A stretch of 64,000 nucleotides of DNA from an uncultured Acidobacteriota bacterium (GTDB lineage Bacteria; Actinomycetota; Acidimicrobiia; Spongiisociales; ZC4RG35). Made by a program: the position numbers and the translations under genes. The stretch's first letter is position 1. Every line of letters starts with the position of its first letter. Shown one piece after another: positions 20,718 to 30,074 of this stretch. The DNA lies in NCBI GenBank assembly GCA_963828465.1, contig CAWHEU010000024.1:32001-96000 (forward strand), given 5' to 3'. The notes under the pieces are model-generated. The model saw nothing but the letters and a program-made list of their open reading frames with translations. It searched no databases and was not told the origin of the DNA.

Positions 20718-21488
20718 TCACGCTGGGAAAACCGTCCGTTGCAGCTTTCTCATTCCCCCAATCCACCGGTCGTAATCGTTGGCCTTGTTCTGAAAGAACT
20801 TTTCGACCTCGGCATGGGGCAGGATGAGGAAGCGCTCGGCCGCGATCCCGGCGACCACAGCGTCTGCCACCTCGTCAGGATCCAGGGCCAGGGGGTCGAG
20901 CAGGGTGTGGAACTCGTCGGCCGAGTCGAGAAGCGGAGTCTTGACCCCCATCGGGCACAGACAGCTCACCTTGATCCCCTGGTCTCCGTAGGTGATGGCG
21001 AGCCATTCGGCAAAGGACACGGCGGCGTGTTTGGTGACCGAGTACTGGGCAGCCTTCAGGTTGGTGAGGAGCCCGGCCGCCGACGCGGTCGACAGAAAAT
21101 ACCCCTCACCTCGTGCCAGCCATCCCGGGATGAGGCGGCGGGCAGCATGCACGTGTGACATCAGATTCACCTGCCACATGAAGTCCCAGCGCTCCGGAGC
21201 GGTCTGCTCATCGCCGGCGAAGCCGATTCCCGCGTTGGCACAAAAGAGGTCGACCGGCCCGAACCGATCCTCCGTCTCGTCGATGAGGCGGTCATTGGAC
21301 TCCGGGTCGGCGACGTCAACGTGCACTGCGGTGGCGCCGATGTCGGATGCGACCGACGTCGCCGATGCAATATCGAGATCAGCCACGATCAGGCCTCGGG
21401 GGTTCTCCTCGGCGAACCGTCGCGCCATGGCGGCGCCGATTCCGCTGCCCCCGCCGGTGACGACGACTACCCGATCAATGATGTTCAA
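20718..21488 (-). CDS. Short-chain dehydrogenase/reductase
   Basis: TGGGSGIG, NAG, YSVTK. Confidence 0.9.
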   Translation of the reverse strand: MNIIDRVVVVTGGGSGIGAAMARRFAEENPRGLIVADLDIASATSVASDIGATAVHVDVADPESNDRLIDETEDRFGPVDLFCANAGIGFAGDEQTAPERWDFMWQVNLMSHVHAARRLIPGWLARGEGYFLSTASAAGLLTNLKAAQYSVTKHAAVSFAEWLAITYGDQGIKVSCLCPMGVKTPLLDSADEFHTLLDPLALDPDEVADAVVAGIAAERFLILPHAEVEKFFQNKANDYDRWIGGMRKLQRTVFPA

Positions 21489-23269
21489 AATGGCGCGCTC
21501 TCGAGCAACGACGCCCCGCCCTTCACGGCGGGAGCGAGTCCGTTGGCCATCGGCAGCAGCTGCTCACCGTAGAAGCGGGCGGTGGTCACCTTGTCGGCCA
21601 GGAAAGACTCCTCGAATCCGGGTGGTTCGCCAAGGGCGGCGACCGCAGTGCGGGCCATGAGCCAGCCCCCGAGCACGATTCCGAACTGCCGCAGGTACGG
21701 CGAGGCGCCGGCCAGCGCCGATTGGATGTCCCCGGCGACCAGCCGCTCGCCCAGCCAGGTAGAAGTCTCAGCGAGGCCCTGTATGGCGACACCAAGTTCC
21801 TCACGGAACATGACCAGTTCCTCATGCCCTTCCATGGTGGCGAGCTCATCGGTCATGGCGCCGATGACACCGGCGACAACGGCGCCGTTTTCGAGCGGGA
21901 TCTTGCGCAGCACGAGATCGATGGCCTGGATGCCGTTAGTGCCCTCGTAGATCGGTGCGATCCTCGAGTCCCGCAGGAACTGTGCGGCCCCGGTTTCTTC
22001 GATATAGCCCATGCCCCCGTGCACCTGCACTCCGAGCGAGGCGACCTCGACGCCGACGTCGGTGCACCAGGCCTTGATGATCGGGGTGAGCAGGGCCAGG
22101 CGATCGGAGGCGAGCTTTCGCCGCTCTTCGCTATCGGCATGACCGAGATGGTCACCTTCGGCCGCCGTGACATAGAGGAGGGAGCGCATCGCTTCGACGT
22201 ACGCCTTCATCGTGAGCAGCATGCGACGGACATCTGGGTGCTCGACGATTGGGACGCTGGCCTTGGACTCGGCGCCGATGGACCGACCCTGGACTCTCTC
22301 CCGGGCGTAGTCGAGGGCGTGTTGATAAGCCCTCTCGCCTATGGCGACCCCCTCCATGCCGACGCCCACCCGGGCCATGTTCATCATGGTGAACATGTTC
22401 CGCATTCCCTCCTGCTCGTCACCAACGAGGTACCCGACGGCCCCATTTCCCTCGTCGCCGTAGGAGATCACACAGGTCGGGGAGGCGTGGATGCCCAACT
22501 TGTGCTCGAGCGAGACCACTTTCAGATCGTTGCGCTCACCCAGCTCTCCGTTCTCGTCGAGGATGAATTTGGGGACCAGGAACATCGATATCCCGCGGGT
22601 CCCCGGGGCGGCGTCTGGTGTTCGGGCCAGGACCAAGTGGACGATGTTCTCGGTCAGGTCCTGGTCACCCCAGGTGATGAAGATCTTGGTCCCGAACAGG
22701 CGGTAGGAGCCATCGTCCTGTGGCACTGCCTTGGTCCGGACGGCTCCCAGGTCGGATCCTGCCTCGGGCTCGGTCAGGTTCATGGTGCCGGTCCACTCGC
22801 CGTTGACCAGCTTTTCGATGTAAGCGGCCTTCAACTCGTCAGACCCATGCCGGTGCAAGGCCTCGACTGCTCCGTGGGTGAGCATGGCCGCCAGGGAGAA
22901 AGCCATGTTGGCCGTCTTGAACATCTCCTCGATGACGACTCCCACCACGTATGGCATACCGCCGCCGCCCCATTGCTCGGGCATGTGCGCCGCTGCCCAC
23001 CCCGACTCGACGTACTTTCGATACGCCTCCTTGAAGCCCTCGGGGGTTCGCACGGTTCCCGCCTCGGTGAGGACCGAGCCCTCCTCGTCGCCGGTCCGGT
23101 TGAGCGGCGCCATCACCTCGGTGAAGAACCGGCCCGCCTCCTCGAGAATTGCCCCCACCGTGTCTGGATCGGCGTCCTGATGGCCATCGAGCTTGGCAAC
23201 GTCCTCCAACCCGGCGACATGGGTGAGGGTGAACATCATGTCGTCGATGCGCGGCTGGTACCCGGCCAT
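21485..23269 (-). CDS. Acyl-CoA dehydrogenase (FadE5/DmdC-like long type)
   Basis: GTMNLTEPEAGSD, GTKIFITWG, EHKLGIHASPT, QVHGGMGY, IYEGTNGIQA. Confidence 0.92.
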   Translation of the reverse strand: MAGYQPRIDDMMFTLTHVAGLEDVAKLDGHQDADPDTVGAILEEAGRFFTEVMAPLNRTGDEEGSVLTEAGTVRTPEGFKEAYRKYVESGWAAAHMPEQWGGGGMPYVVGVVIEEMFKTANMAFSLAAMLTHGAVEALHRHGSDELKAAYIEKLVNGEWTGTMNLTEPEAGSDLGAVRTKAVPQDDGSYRLFGTKIFITWGDQDLTENIVHLVLARTPDAAPGTRGISMFLVPKFILDENGELGERNDLKVVSLEHKLGIHASPTCVISYGDEGNGAVGYLVGDEQEGMRNMFTMMNMARVGVGMEGVAIGERAYQHALDYARERVQGRSIGAESKASVPIVEHPDVRRMLLTMKAYVEAMRSLLYVTAAEGDHLGHADSEERRKLASDRLALLTPIIKAWCTDVGVEVASLGVQVHGGMGYIEETGAAQFLRDSRIAPIYEGTNGIQAIDLVLRKIPLENGAVVAGVIGAMTDELATMEGHEELVMFREELGVAIQGLAETSTWLGERLVAGDIQSALAGASPYLRQFGIVLGGWLMARTAVAALGEPPGFEESFLADKVTTARFYGEQLLPMANGLAPAVKGGASLLESAPF

Positions 23270-23291
23270 GCCAAAAGGGTACCGAGCACCT

Positions 23292-24245
23292 CTAGCTGTG
23301 GCCCACCTCGAGCTGTGTGATGACGGTTCCGTGGAGGACCTCGTACCCCAATCCCTCGTAGAGGCCATAGGCGCCGGTGGGGTTCTCGGAGTCGACGCCG
23401 AGCATCGTATGTGTCAGTCCGGCGTGGAGAAAAGCATTGAACGAGTTCTCGAGTAGCGCCGATGCAACTCCCCGGCCCCGCCACGCCCGTTTCACCCCAA
23501 GACTTCTCACCCAACCCTCCCGGCGGCCCGTCACTTGCTCGTCGTCGGGGAAGAATCCGTTGAGGGTGTAGCCGACTACCTCGCCCCCAGCCACCGCTTG
23601 AAAGGAGAGATCGAGACGGATCGCATTGCGCTCGATGAGGTGCCGAAAGCTTTCCGAGTCCATGCGGGTCGACCCCCAGTGATCGCCGAAAGCCTCGTTC
23701 AGCGCTTCGCGGGTCCCCTCGTCGAGTGATCGGTCCCAGGGGATGATCTCCACGCCATCGGGTGACCGCGGCACGACCGGCGCTTCCAGCGGCCGGATCA
23801 TCTCCTTTATGAACCGGACGGGCTCCAGGCCGAAGCGGCGGTAGAGCCGAAATTCGTCCTCAACCCAGTCGAACGCATTGGTTCGGATGTACCAGGGCAA
23901 GGCGGGGTCGCACGACGAGAGGGACTCCCGGGCCCGCTCGATCTGCCATCCGATGAGATGCCGGCCGATGCCTTGCCCCCGGTAATCGGGGTCCACCAAC
24001 CCGATCAGAAGGGCCCGCTCCTCACGTGCGCCGCTTGGACGATGCCACACGAGCCCGTACGCCACGAGGGTTCCCTCGAGCCAGTAGCCCCGGGTGTCGT
24101 GCTCGGGGTCGACGAAGGGCTCGTCGAAGTCGTCCTCCACCTCGGACGCCGGAGTCAGCACAGGCAGGTCCCAGAAACGCTCGTAGCGATTCATCAGATC
24201 CGCGACGGCCGGGGCATCCTCCAGAGTCAGAGCCCTGATGTCCAT
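23292..24245 (-). CDS. Tandem GNAT N-acetyltransferase (MshD-like architecture)
   Basis: Two acetyl-CoA motifs VDPDYRGQGIG and VKRAWRGRGVA. VDSENPTGAYGLY. Confidence 0.85.
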   Translation of the reverse strand: MDIRALTLEDAPAVADLMNRYERFWDLPVLTPASEVEDDFDEPFVDPEHDTRGYWLEGTLVAYGLVWHRPSGAREERALLIGLVDPDYRGQGIGRHLIGWQIERARESLSSCDPALPWYIRTNAFDWVEDEFRLYRRFGLEPVRFIKEMIRPLEAPVVPRSPDGVEIIPWDRSLDEGTREALNEAFGDHWGSTRMDSESFRHLIERNAIRLDLSFQAVAGGEVVGYTLNGFFPDDEQVTGRREGWVRSLGVKRAWRGRGVASALLENSFNAFLHAGLTHTMLGVDSENPTGAYGLYEGLGYEVLHGTVITQLEVGHS

Positions 24246-24284
24246 ACCGGCAAGGTACCGATGATCGGTTGTGGTGGTGGCCGA

Positions 24285-25064
24285 TTATCCGGCGAGGACA
24301 CCTTCCACCAACCCGGGAAGCACCTCACCGATGGCCGCGTCGATCTTGACCGCGGCTTGCTCATCGGCCTCGGTGGGACCCTGATTGATGATCACGATCG
24401 GAAGTGAGAGATAACCGCCGTACATGACAATGTCGGACGCCGGCGAGACGGACACCGTCGATCCGACGACGATGATGGCGTCCGCCATGGCGAGGAACTC
24501 CATTGCCTTCTCCATCTCCTCCTGGGGCAGGATCTCGCCGAACATCACCGTGGCCGTCTTTACCATCCCGCCGCAGTCCGGGCACGCGGGGTCGAGCTCG
24601 CCGGCCTCCACCCAGGCAAGGACGGTCTCCGTGTCCCAATCCTGCGCGCAGTCCACGCAAAGGCTCTTTCTGACGTTTCCGTGCAATTCGGCCACCTGAT
24701 CGTCGTCGAGACCTGAGACCAGGTGGAGGCCGTCGACGTTCTGGGTGACAACTCCGGCCAGTCGGTCGGCGTCGGCGAGTCTCTTGATGGCTTCGTGCCC
24801 TGTGTTGGGTCGCACCGTGGAGCGGGCGCCCCACAGCTCGCCATCGAGGTGCATCTTCCAGCCCCTCATCCTGAGCTCGGGACTCGACCGATAGCGATCG
24901 ATATGGAAGTCGTCGGGGTCGACTTTGCTCCACAAGCCATCAGGCCCGCGGAAATCGGGGATTCCCGACTCCGTCGAGATCCCGGCACCGGTGAACACCA
25001 GAATCTTTTCCGCAGGGCGCAAGACGGCGATGGCCGATTCGATGTCGGAGGATGTTTGGGTCAC
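24285..25064 (-). CDS. cobB: Sir2-family NAD-dependent protein deacylase
   Basis: TGAGISTESGIPDFRG, TQNVDGLH, ELHG, two CxxC motifs. Confidence 0.9.
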   Translation of the reverse strand: MTQTSSDIESAIAVLRPAEKILVFTGAGISTESGIPDFRGPDGLWSKVDPDDFHIDRYRSSPELRMRGWKMHLDGELWGARSTVRPNTGHEAIKRLADADRLAGVVTQNVDGLHLVSGLDDDQVAELHGNVRKSLCVDCAQDWDTETVLAWVEAGELDPACPDCGGMVKTATVMFGEILPQEEMEKAMEFLAMADAIIVVGSTVSVSPASDIVMYGGYLSLPIVIINQGPTEADEQAAVKIDAAIGEVLPGLVEGVLAG

Positions 25065-25152
25065 GCCGGATTATCCGGCTTCTCGACCCCGTAGCTCAAC
25101 TGTCCTCACGAAATCGGTGTGACCCGGGGAGAGCCCGGCGTACGATTCGGTT

Positions 25153-25536
25153 GTGACGACATCGGAAGTCCAGGCCTGGCTCGATCGCTACATCGAGGCG
25201 TGGCAGAAGAACGACCCCGAACTGGTCGAGGCACTGTTCACCAGCGACGCCGTCTACCGCTTCCGGCCGTACGGGGGCGATGGCCGGGTCGCCGAAGGTA
25301 TCGCCGACATCGTGAGCAGCTGGATCGACTTCGACGAGGATCCGGCGAAGTGGGAGGCGTCGTACCGGCCCTACGCCGTCGAAGGCGATCGGGCGGTTGC
25401 TACTGGTACCAGTCGGTATTTCGGTGCCGGGGACAAGGGCGACGAGGTGTATCACAACTGCTTCCTGCTCCGGTTCGCCGAGGGCCGTTGCGCCGAGTTC
25501 ACCGAGTACTGGATGCTCGAGCCGAGCGAGAGCTGA
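25153..25536 (+). CDS. SnoaL/NTF2-like protein
   Basis: WLDRYIEAW..ND...LFT.DAVY...GRC.EFTEYW. Confidence 0.85.
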   Translation: MTTSEVQAWLDRYIEAWQKNDPELVEALFTSDAVYRFRPYGGDGRVAEGIADIVSSWIDFDEDPAKWEASYRPYAVEGDRAVATGTSRYFGAGDKGDEVYHNCFLLRFAEGRCAEFTEYWMLEPSES

Positions 25537-25542
25537 CCCGGG

Positions 25543-26964
25543 ATGTCCGATCCCCAATCGGAGATGATGCGCAAGGGCTGGGATCCCGAGGAAGGGCTCG
25601 ACTCGCTCAAAACCCCCCTCTTCCAAACCTCCACCTTCGTGTTCGAGTCCGCGGCTGCGGCCGAGCGTCTCTTCGCCATCGTCTATGGAGGGGAGACTCC
25701 GGAGCCGGGCGAGGACGTGGGGTTCATTTACACCCGAATGGACCACCCGAACCTGGTCGTCGTCGAGGGCCGGCTTGCCGTGTGGGACGGGGCGGAGGCA
25801 GCGCTCATCTTCTCCAGCGGGACCTCTGCCGTCTTCACCACCTTCCTCACCCATGCCAGACCCGGCAGCTTGATCCTCCACAGCACACCCCTGTACGGGG
25901 GTACGAACACCATGCTCTACAAGGTGCTGGCGCCGCTTGGCTATGAGATGGCCGCCTACGGCCCGGATGCATCACAGGATGAGGTCGAGGATTTGATCGG
26001 GGACCGCGACCTCGCTGCGGTGTACTTGGAGACTCCGGCCAACCCGAGCAACGACGTTTTCGACATCGACCTTGCGGCGCGGGTCGCGGCCGCAGCAACG
26101 ACGCCCGAGCAGCGCGCGCTGACAATCGTGGACAACACGTTTCTCGGGCCGTATGCCCAGCGTCCGCTGGACCACGGGGCCGACCTCGTGGTGTACTCGG
26201 CCACCAAGTACTTCGGGGGCCACGACGATCTGGTGGCCGGGGTGGTGACCGGTGCGTCCGCGTTGATCGAACCGATGAAGACGATGCGGTACAGGATCGG
26301 AACCACCGCCGATCCACATACCGCGTGGCTCCTGGGGCGGAGTCTGGAGACCTACGCCATCAGGGTCGAGCGCGAGACCGCAAGCGCCGGCCGGGTGGCC
26401 GGGTTTTTGGCCGGGCACCCGAAGATCGCGAGTGTTCGCTACCTCGGCCTCATCGAGGACGAGGATCCCCGGGCGGACCTGGCCAAACGCCAATGGTCTT
26501 CGGCGGGCGCCATGATCTCTTTCGATGTGGCCGGGGGGAAAGAGGAGGCGTTTCGCTTCCTCGACTCGATGAGGCTCATCGCCAACACCACGTCCCTGGG
26601 AGGAACCCAGTCGATCGCATGCCACCCGTGGACCACGACTCACTCCAATGTCGACCCGGCGACCAAGCTTCGGATTGGCATCACCGATGCAATGATCCGC
26701 CTGTCGATAGGGGTGGAGGCGCCCGAGGACATCATCGCCGACCTCGACCAAGCCCTGGAGGTCCCCCCTCCCCGCTGCGCGGTACTCCCCCCTTCGGGGA
26801 GAAGATGGGTCGAACAGCCCATTCTCAACCGCTTCCCCCTCGGGAATAATCACCTACGGACGCGCTTGGGAGACGTGAGTAGGGAGAGGCATGAGCCACG
26901 GGCCGCTTGTTCTCGGGGGTTAGCTCAAATCGTCTCCCAACCGCGCCGCTATTCCAAAGTCTGA
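25543..26964 (+). CDS. PLP-dependent trans-sulfuration enzyme (methionine gamma-lyase/cystathionine gamma-synthase family); C-terminus reads through a repeat
   Basis: PLFQTSTF, YTR, ETPANP, VDNTF, YSATKYFGGH, SLGG, IRLSIG.E. Family homology ends near DLDQALE (~26760). Confidence 0.88.
   Translation: MSDPQSEMMRKGWDPEEGLDSLKTPLFQTSTFVFESAAAAERLFAIVYGGETPEPGEDVGFIYTRMDHPNLVVVEGRLAVWDGAEAALIFSSGTSAVFTTFLTHARPGSLILHSTPLYGGTNTMLYKVLAPLGYEMAAYGPDASQDEVEDLIGDRDLAAVYLETPANPSNDVFDIDLAARVAAAATTPEQRALTIVDNTFLGPYAQRPLDHGADLVVYSATKYFGGHDDLVAGVVTGASALIEPMKTMRYRIGTTADPHTAWLLGRSLETYAIRVERETASAGRVAGFLAGHPKIASVRYLGLIEDEDPRADLAKRQWSSAGAMISFDVAGGKEEAFRFLDSMRLIANTTSLGGTQSIACHPWTTTHSNVDPATKLRIGITDAMIRLSIGVEAPEDIIADLDQALEVPPPRCAVLPPSGRRWVEQPILNRFPLGNNHLRTRLGDVSRERHEPRAACSRGLAQIVSQPRRYSKV
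26761..26803 (+). repeat. REP-like element, CCCCCTCC...CTCCCCC..GGGGAG family
   Basis: Closely matches 45907-45955. Confidence 0.75.
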
Positions 26965-27051
26965 GGCTTCTTCTGCCGCGATCTGCGGTCAGAAGTAGCG
27001 GGTGCTCCTACCCAATGGAGCCGGCGAGGGCGGCCCTTCGGGGCCGCCCTT
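26858..27051 (+). ncRNA. Candidate structured non-coding RNA, family unassigned
   Basis: TTGGGAGACG/CGTCTCCCAA stem, CGCTA/TAGCG domain, GCTCC/GGAGC hairpin and a UUCG terminal hairpin. AATAAT -10-like element upstream. Confidence 0.4.
27027..27051 (+). terminator. GC hairpin with UUCG loop
   Basis: AGGGCGGCCC-TTCG-GGGCCGCCCT followed by TGCTT. Confidence 0.65.
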
Positions 27052-27091
27052 GCTTATCGACGATCGGCTCTCACCTAGATTCGCCGGTCAT

Positions 27092-28366
27092 ATGACCGAT
27101 ACCTACCGCGACACCATCAAGGAGCTGAGCGACCGCATCGTCGAAGCCCAGAAGCCGATCAAGGTCCTCAACGCGATCAACTGGGACGACTCGATCAAGG
27201 AGAAGTTCTTCGCCTCGGAGTTCAAGGAGCTTCCGGCGATCGACCTGGCCTACTACGAGGCCCGCAATAGCAAGCTCGATCCCGATGCAACCCGCAACCA
27301 GTTGAGGGGCATCGAGGCCGACCTCCAGTCCAAACTCGGCCCGGTCTCTCCGGCCGGCAACCTGATGAGATTCATGTGTGAGCAGTTCCGGCAGACGGTC
27401 GACTTGCTCGACGCCAGAGGAACTCCTGGGTTCTCCCAGATCGCCAGTCTGCTCTACGGGACGCCCCACGACGTCTTCCACGTCGGGGGCCCGACTATTG
27501 CCGATCTGGCACAACAGATGAGACATGTGCTCCAGGGGTTGGATGTGGACTCGGAGACGGAGAAGGACCTGCGGAACATCCAGGGCACCGAGGCGGTGGG
27601 GATCCTGCAGGGCCGCGTAGACATATCGATGGGGAAGGGCATGGTCGATGTCCGGGCAGACGATGGGATCGCAGCCGACGCCGCCGCCGGGAGCGACTAC
27701 ATCAAGGTCCGAGAAGACCGCATGTTCTCCCAGCGTGACCTCGACCTCCTCGAGACCCATGAGGCCTGGGTCCATATCGGGACCACTCAGAACGGCCTGG
27801 CCCAGCCGGTGTGCACCTTCCTGGGCAAGGCGGCCCCTCGTACCACCGTGACCCAGGAGGGGCTGGCGGTCCTCACCGAGATGCTCAACCTGCGCAGTCA
27901 TCCCCGTCGCCTCGCCAAGCTCATGCATCGCATCGAGGGGATAAGAGCGGCCAGCGAAGGAGCGAACTTCGTCGAGGTGTTCGAGATGTTCCGCACCGAT
28001 GGTCTCACCGAGGACGAGGCCTGGGCGGCTGCGGTTCGCATCTTTCGAGGCAGCCTTCCGGACCAAGGGCCCTTCACCAAAGACTTGGGCTATGGCAAGG
28101 GTCTGATCCTCACCCTTCTCTACGTCCGCTTGGCGATAAATCTGGGCCGCTCACATCGAATACCGCTCCTGTTCTGCGGAAAGGTGGATCTGCTCGACAT
28201 GGTGACCCTCCATCAGTTGGAGGAGGAGGGTCTTGTCGAGGAGCCCAAGTTCATCCCGCCTCCATTCGACGACATCGCCGCGCTGGCGTCCACGTTGAGC
28301 CTGGGCGGGTTCACCGCCATGCTCGACTGGGAGCGGCTGGAGGCGGACTACTCGGTGCTCATCTGA
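27092..28366 (+). CDS. QEGLA-motif metallopeptidase-like protein (DUF1704, flavohemoglobin expression-modulating family)
   Basis: HEAWVH zinc motif, TQEGLA, RIFRG, FTKDLGY. Confidence 0.88.
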   Translation: MTDTYRDTIKELSDRIVEAQKPIKVLNAINWDDSIKEKFFASEFKELPAIDLAYYEARNSKLDPDATRNQLRGIEADLQSKLGPVSPAGNLMRFMCEQFRQTVDLLDARGTPGFSQIASLLYGTPHDVFHVGGPTIADLAQQMRHVLQGLDVDSETEKDLRNIQGTEAVGILQGRVDISMGKGMVDVRADDGIAADAAAGSDYIKVREDRMFSQRDLDLLETHEAWVHIGTTQNGLAQPVCTFLGKAAPRTTVTQEGLAVLTEMLNLRSHPRRLAKLMHRIEGIRAASEGANFVEVFEMFRTDGLTEDEAWAAAVRIFRGSLPDQGPFTKDLGYGKGLILTLLYVRLAINLGRSHRIPLLFCGKVDLLDMVTLHQLEEEGLVEEPKFIPPPFDDIAALASTLSLGGFTAMLDWERLEADYSVLI

Positions 28367-28399
28367 CGAAGGGGGAGCGGAACCGCTCCCCCTTCGTCA
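28364..28399. terminator. Bidirectional terminator, 17-bp perfect arms
   Basis: TGACGAAGGGGGAGCGG-AA-CCGCTCCCCCTTCGTCA between convergent genes. Confidence 0.8.
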
Positions 28400-28408
28400 T
28401 TTCCTCGA

Positions 28409-29257
28409 TCAGGGGGCACCCGTTTCGATCGGATAATCCTCCGACTGCGCCACGAACTCTTCGGCATACTCGAGGACGGTTGGAACAGTCTCCGGATTAC
28501 TCATGAGGGTGTCCACCTCGACTTCGGGGTGGGCTTCTTCCAACCAGACGTCGAATGCCTCGCGGAATGCGACCACCTCGGCGTCGACTTCTCGGTTCAT
28601 CACGGCCACGACTGCTCCGTTGTCTACGACCCAGTGGTAAGTGGTAGCCATTTGGATCCCGGCCATGTCCCAGAGGGAATTCGTCTCGAAGGCTTGGCAG
28701 ATGAAGTAGTAACCGGTGGGAGTAGGAACTCCGGGGTCGGTCACCTCGCTCCAATCGCCGTAGCCTCGAGACTCACATCCGGTCACGTCGAGCCGGCCAT
28801 TCAAATCGTGATCTGCCTGGAGGCCCAACACGTCCTGGGCACGTTCCTCGTCGCTCGGCGCCTCGGCATTTCCCATGGCCCTCACATCGACCCACACCGG
28901 ATCTCCGGTGTTGAATGCGTGGAAGGCCGCCTCCACCGCATGGAACTCCTCTGCGGCTTGGGGATCACCGTCTGCTACTTCGAGGGGGATGGCCGGCACT
29001 CCGGCCTGGTTTAACACGATGGCGGCCACGCCGAGGACGATCACGGCGATGGCCGCCACCAGCCAGGGTGTGGTCCAGAGTCGTTTGCTCTCCTCTTCGC
29101 TTTTCTGGGTTTCCAGTTGGGTCATGTCGCTGCTCCTTTGCTCGAGAGTGGCGAGGTAGGTGGCAGCGGGAACTCCCGTCGAGGCTTCCTCGGCGACTTC
29201 GGTCGCCGGGTTTCCCTCTGCGAGCAATGCCATGACAAGACGTTCGTCGCTCACCAC
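28409..29257 (-). CDS. Single-pass membrane protein, probable anti-sigma partner
   Basis: Overlaps the ECF sigma stop. One TM helix, acidic extracytoplasmic domain. Confidence 0.65.
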   Translation of the reverse strand: MVSDERLVMALLAEGNPATEVAEEASTGVPAATYLATLEQRSSDMTQLETQKSEEESKRLWTTPWLVAAIAVIVLGVAAIVLNQAGVPAIPLEVADGDPQAAEEFHAVEAAFHAFNTGDPVWVDVRAMGNAEAPSDEERAQDVLGLQADHDLNGRLDVTGCESRGYGDWSEVTDPGVPTPTGYYFICQAFETNSLWDMAGIQMATTYHWVVDNGAVVAVMNREVDAEVVAFREAFDVWLEEAHPEVEVDTLMSNPETVPTVLEYAEEFVAQSEDYPIETGAP

Positions 29258-29808
29258 ACACCTCCTTCCTGAGCAGCGGGGTTGGGAATGACGTTCTTCT
29301 TTTCGTATGTGTCCTCGTACATGTCGCTGAGCCGTTTGCGGGCGCGGCTGAGCCGTTGACTGGCCGCATCGGGGGAGATGTCGAGCACGATTGCGATTTC
29401 GGCGGTGTCGAGCTCCTCCCAGGCGGCCAGGCGGAGGATCTCGGCGTCGGCCGGCTTCAAATCATCGAGAAGACGCACCACCGCCCTCACCTCCTCGCGT
29501 ACCACCACCTGGTCAGCGGTCGGGCTCGGCGCTATCACTCTGATCGCGCTCACCTTCGATTCGAGACGCCACCTGCGCGCCGCGCCTCGCCAATGATTCG
29601 ACACCGTCAACTGGCAGATCCGGTAGAGCCAGGGGAGAGTTTCTGATCCGCTCGGGGCTTGGTCGATTCGACGCCACACGGTGAGGAAGACCTCGCCCAT
29701 GACATCGTCGGCCCGGTCTGCACCGACACGTCGACGGCAATACAGCCACACGGCGGACCGGTGGCGGTCATAGATGCCGGCGAATCTTGCATCGTGTGGG
29801 CGGCTCAA
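29251..29808 (-). CDS. ECF RNA polymerase sigma factor
   Basis: ADDVMGEVFLTVWRR, WLYRI, EILRLAAWEELDTAEIA...RLSRARKRL. Confidence 0.92.
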   Translation of the reverse strand: MSRPHDARFAGIYDRHRSAVWLYCRRRVGADRADDVMGEVFLTVWRRIDQAPSGSETLPWLYRICQLTVSNHWRGAARRWRLESKVSAIRVIAPSPTADQVVVREEVRAVVRLLDDLKPADAEILRLAAWEELDTAEIAIVLDISPDAASQRLSRARKRLSDMYEDTYEKKNVIPNPAAQEGGVW

Positions 29809-29843
29809 ACTCCTCCACCTAACTCTCTCGTCGGACCCTTATG

Positions 29844-29910
29844 TGTCCGGCACAGCAGTTTGGTGACACGAAAAGCGCGACCGCGTGTCACCTGGAGGTC
29901 GGTCCGGACA
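29844..29910. promoter_or_regulatory. Back-to-back bipartite motif, putative divergent ECF promoters
   Basis: CGTGTCACC-N11-CCGGACA on both strands, 13 nt apart. Confidence 0.5.
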
Positions 29911-30074
29911 TAACTACGGCGAGCAACGGGGGTTGCAATGGGCGAAACCGGGTGCGGCCGACCCGGAATCGCCCCGGACGACTCGTTAGGGTTCACAGGA
30001 TTGGAGTCCGAGCCCATCGCCGCAGCTGTTGAGCTCGTGCTCGAGGGAAGCCGTCATGGGATCGCCAGGGTGTA

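Noticed and set aside
21722-23320. Long antisense ORFs (532 aa here; also 16976-18163, 27071-28066, 54086-55108, 60390-61343, 62923-63777)
   Set aside because: These are shadow or alternate frames of well-supported genes, expected in high-GC DNA, with no recognisable motifs.
24285-25064. Sir2 protein as an anti-phage NADase
   Set aside because: It has canonical Zn-binding CobB-type deacylase motifs, sits next to a GNAT in a metabolic context and has no defence partners.
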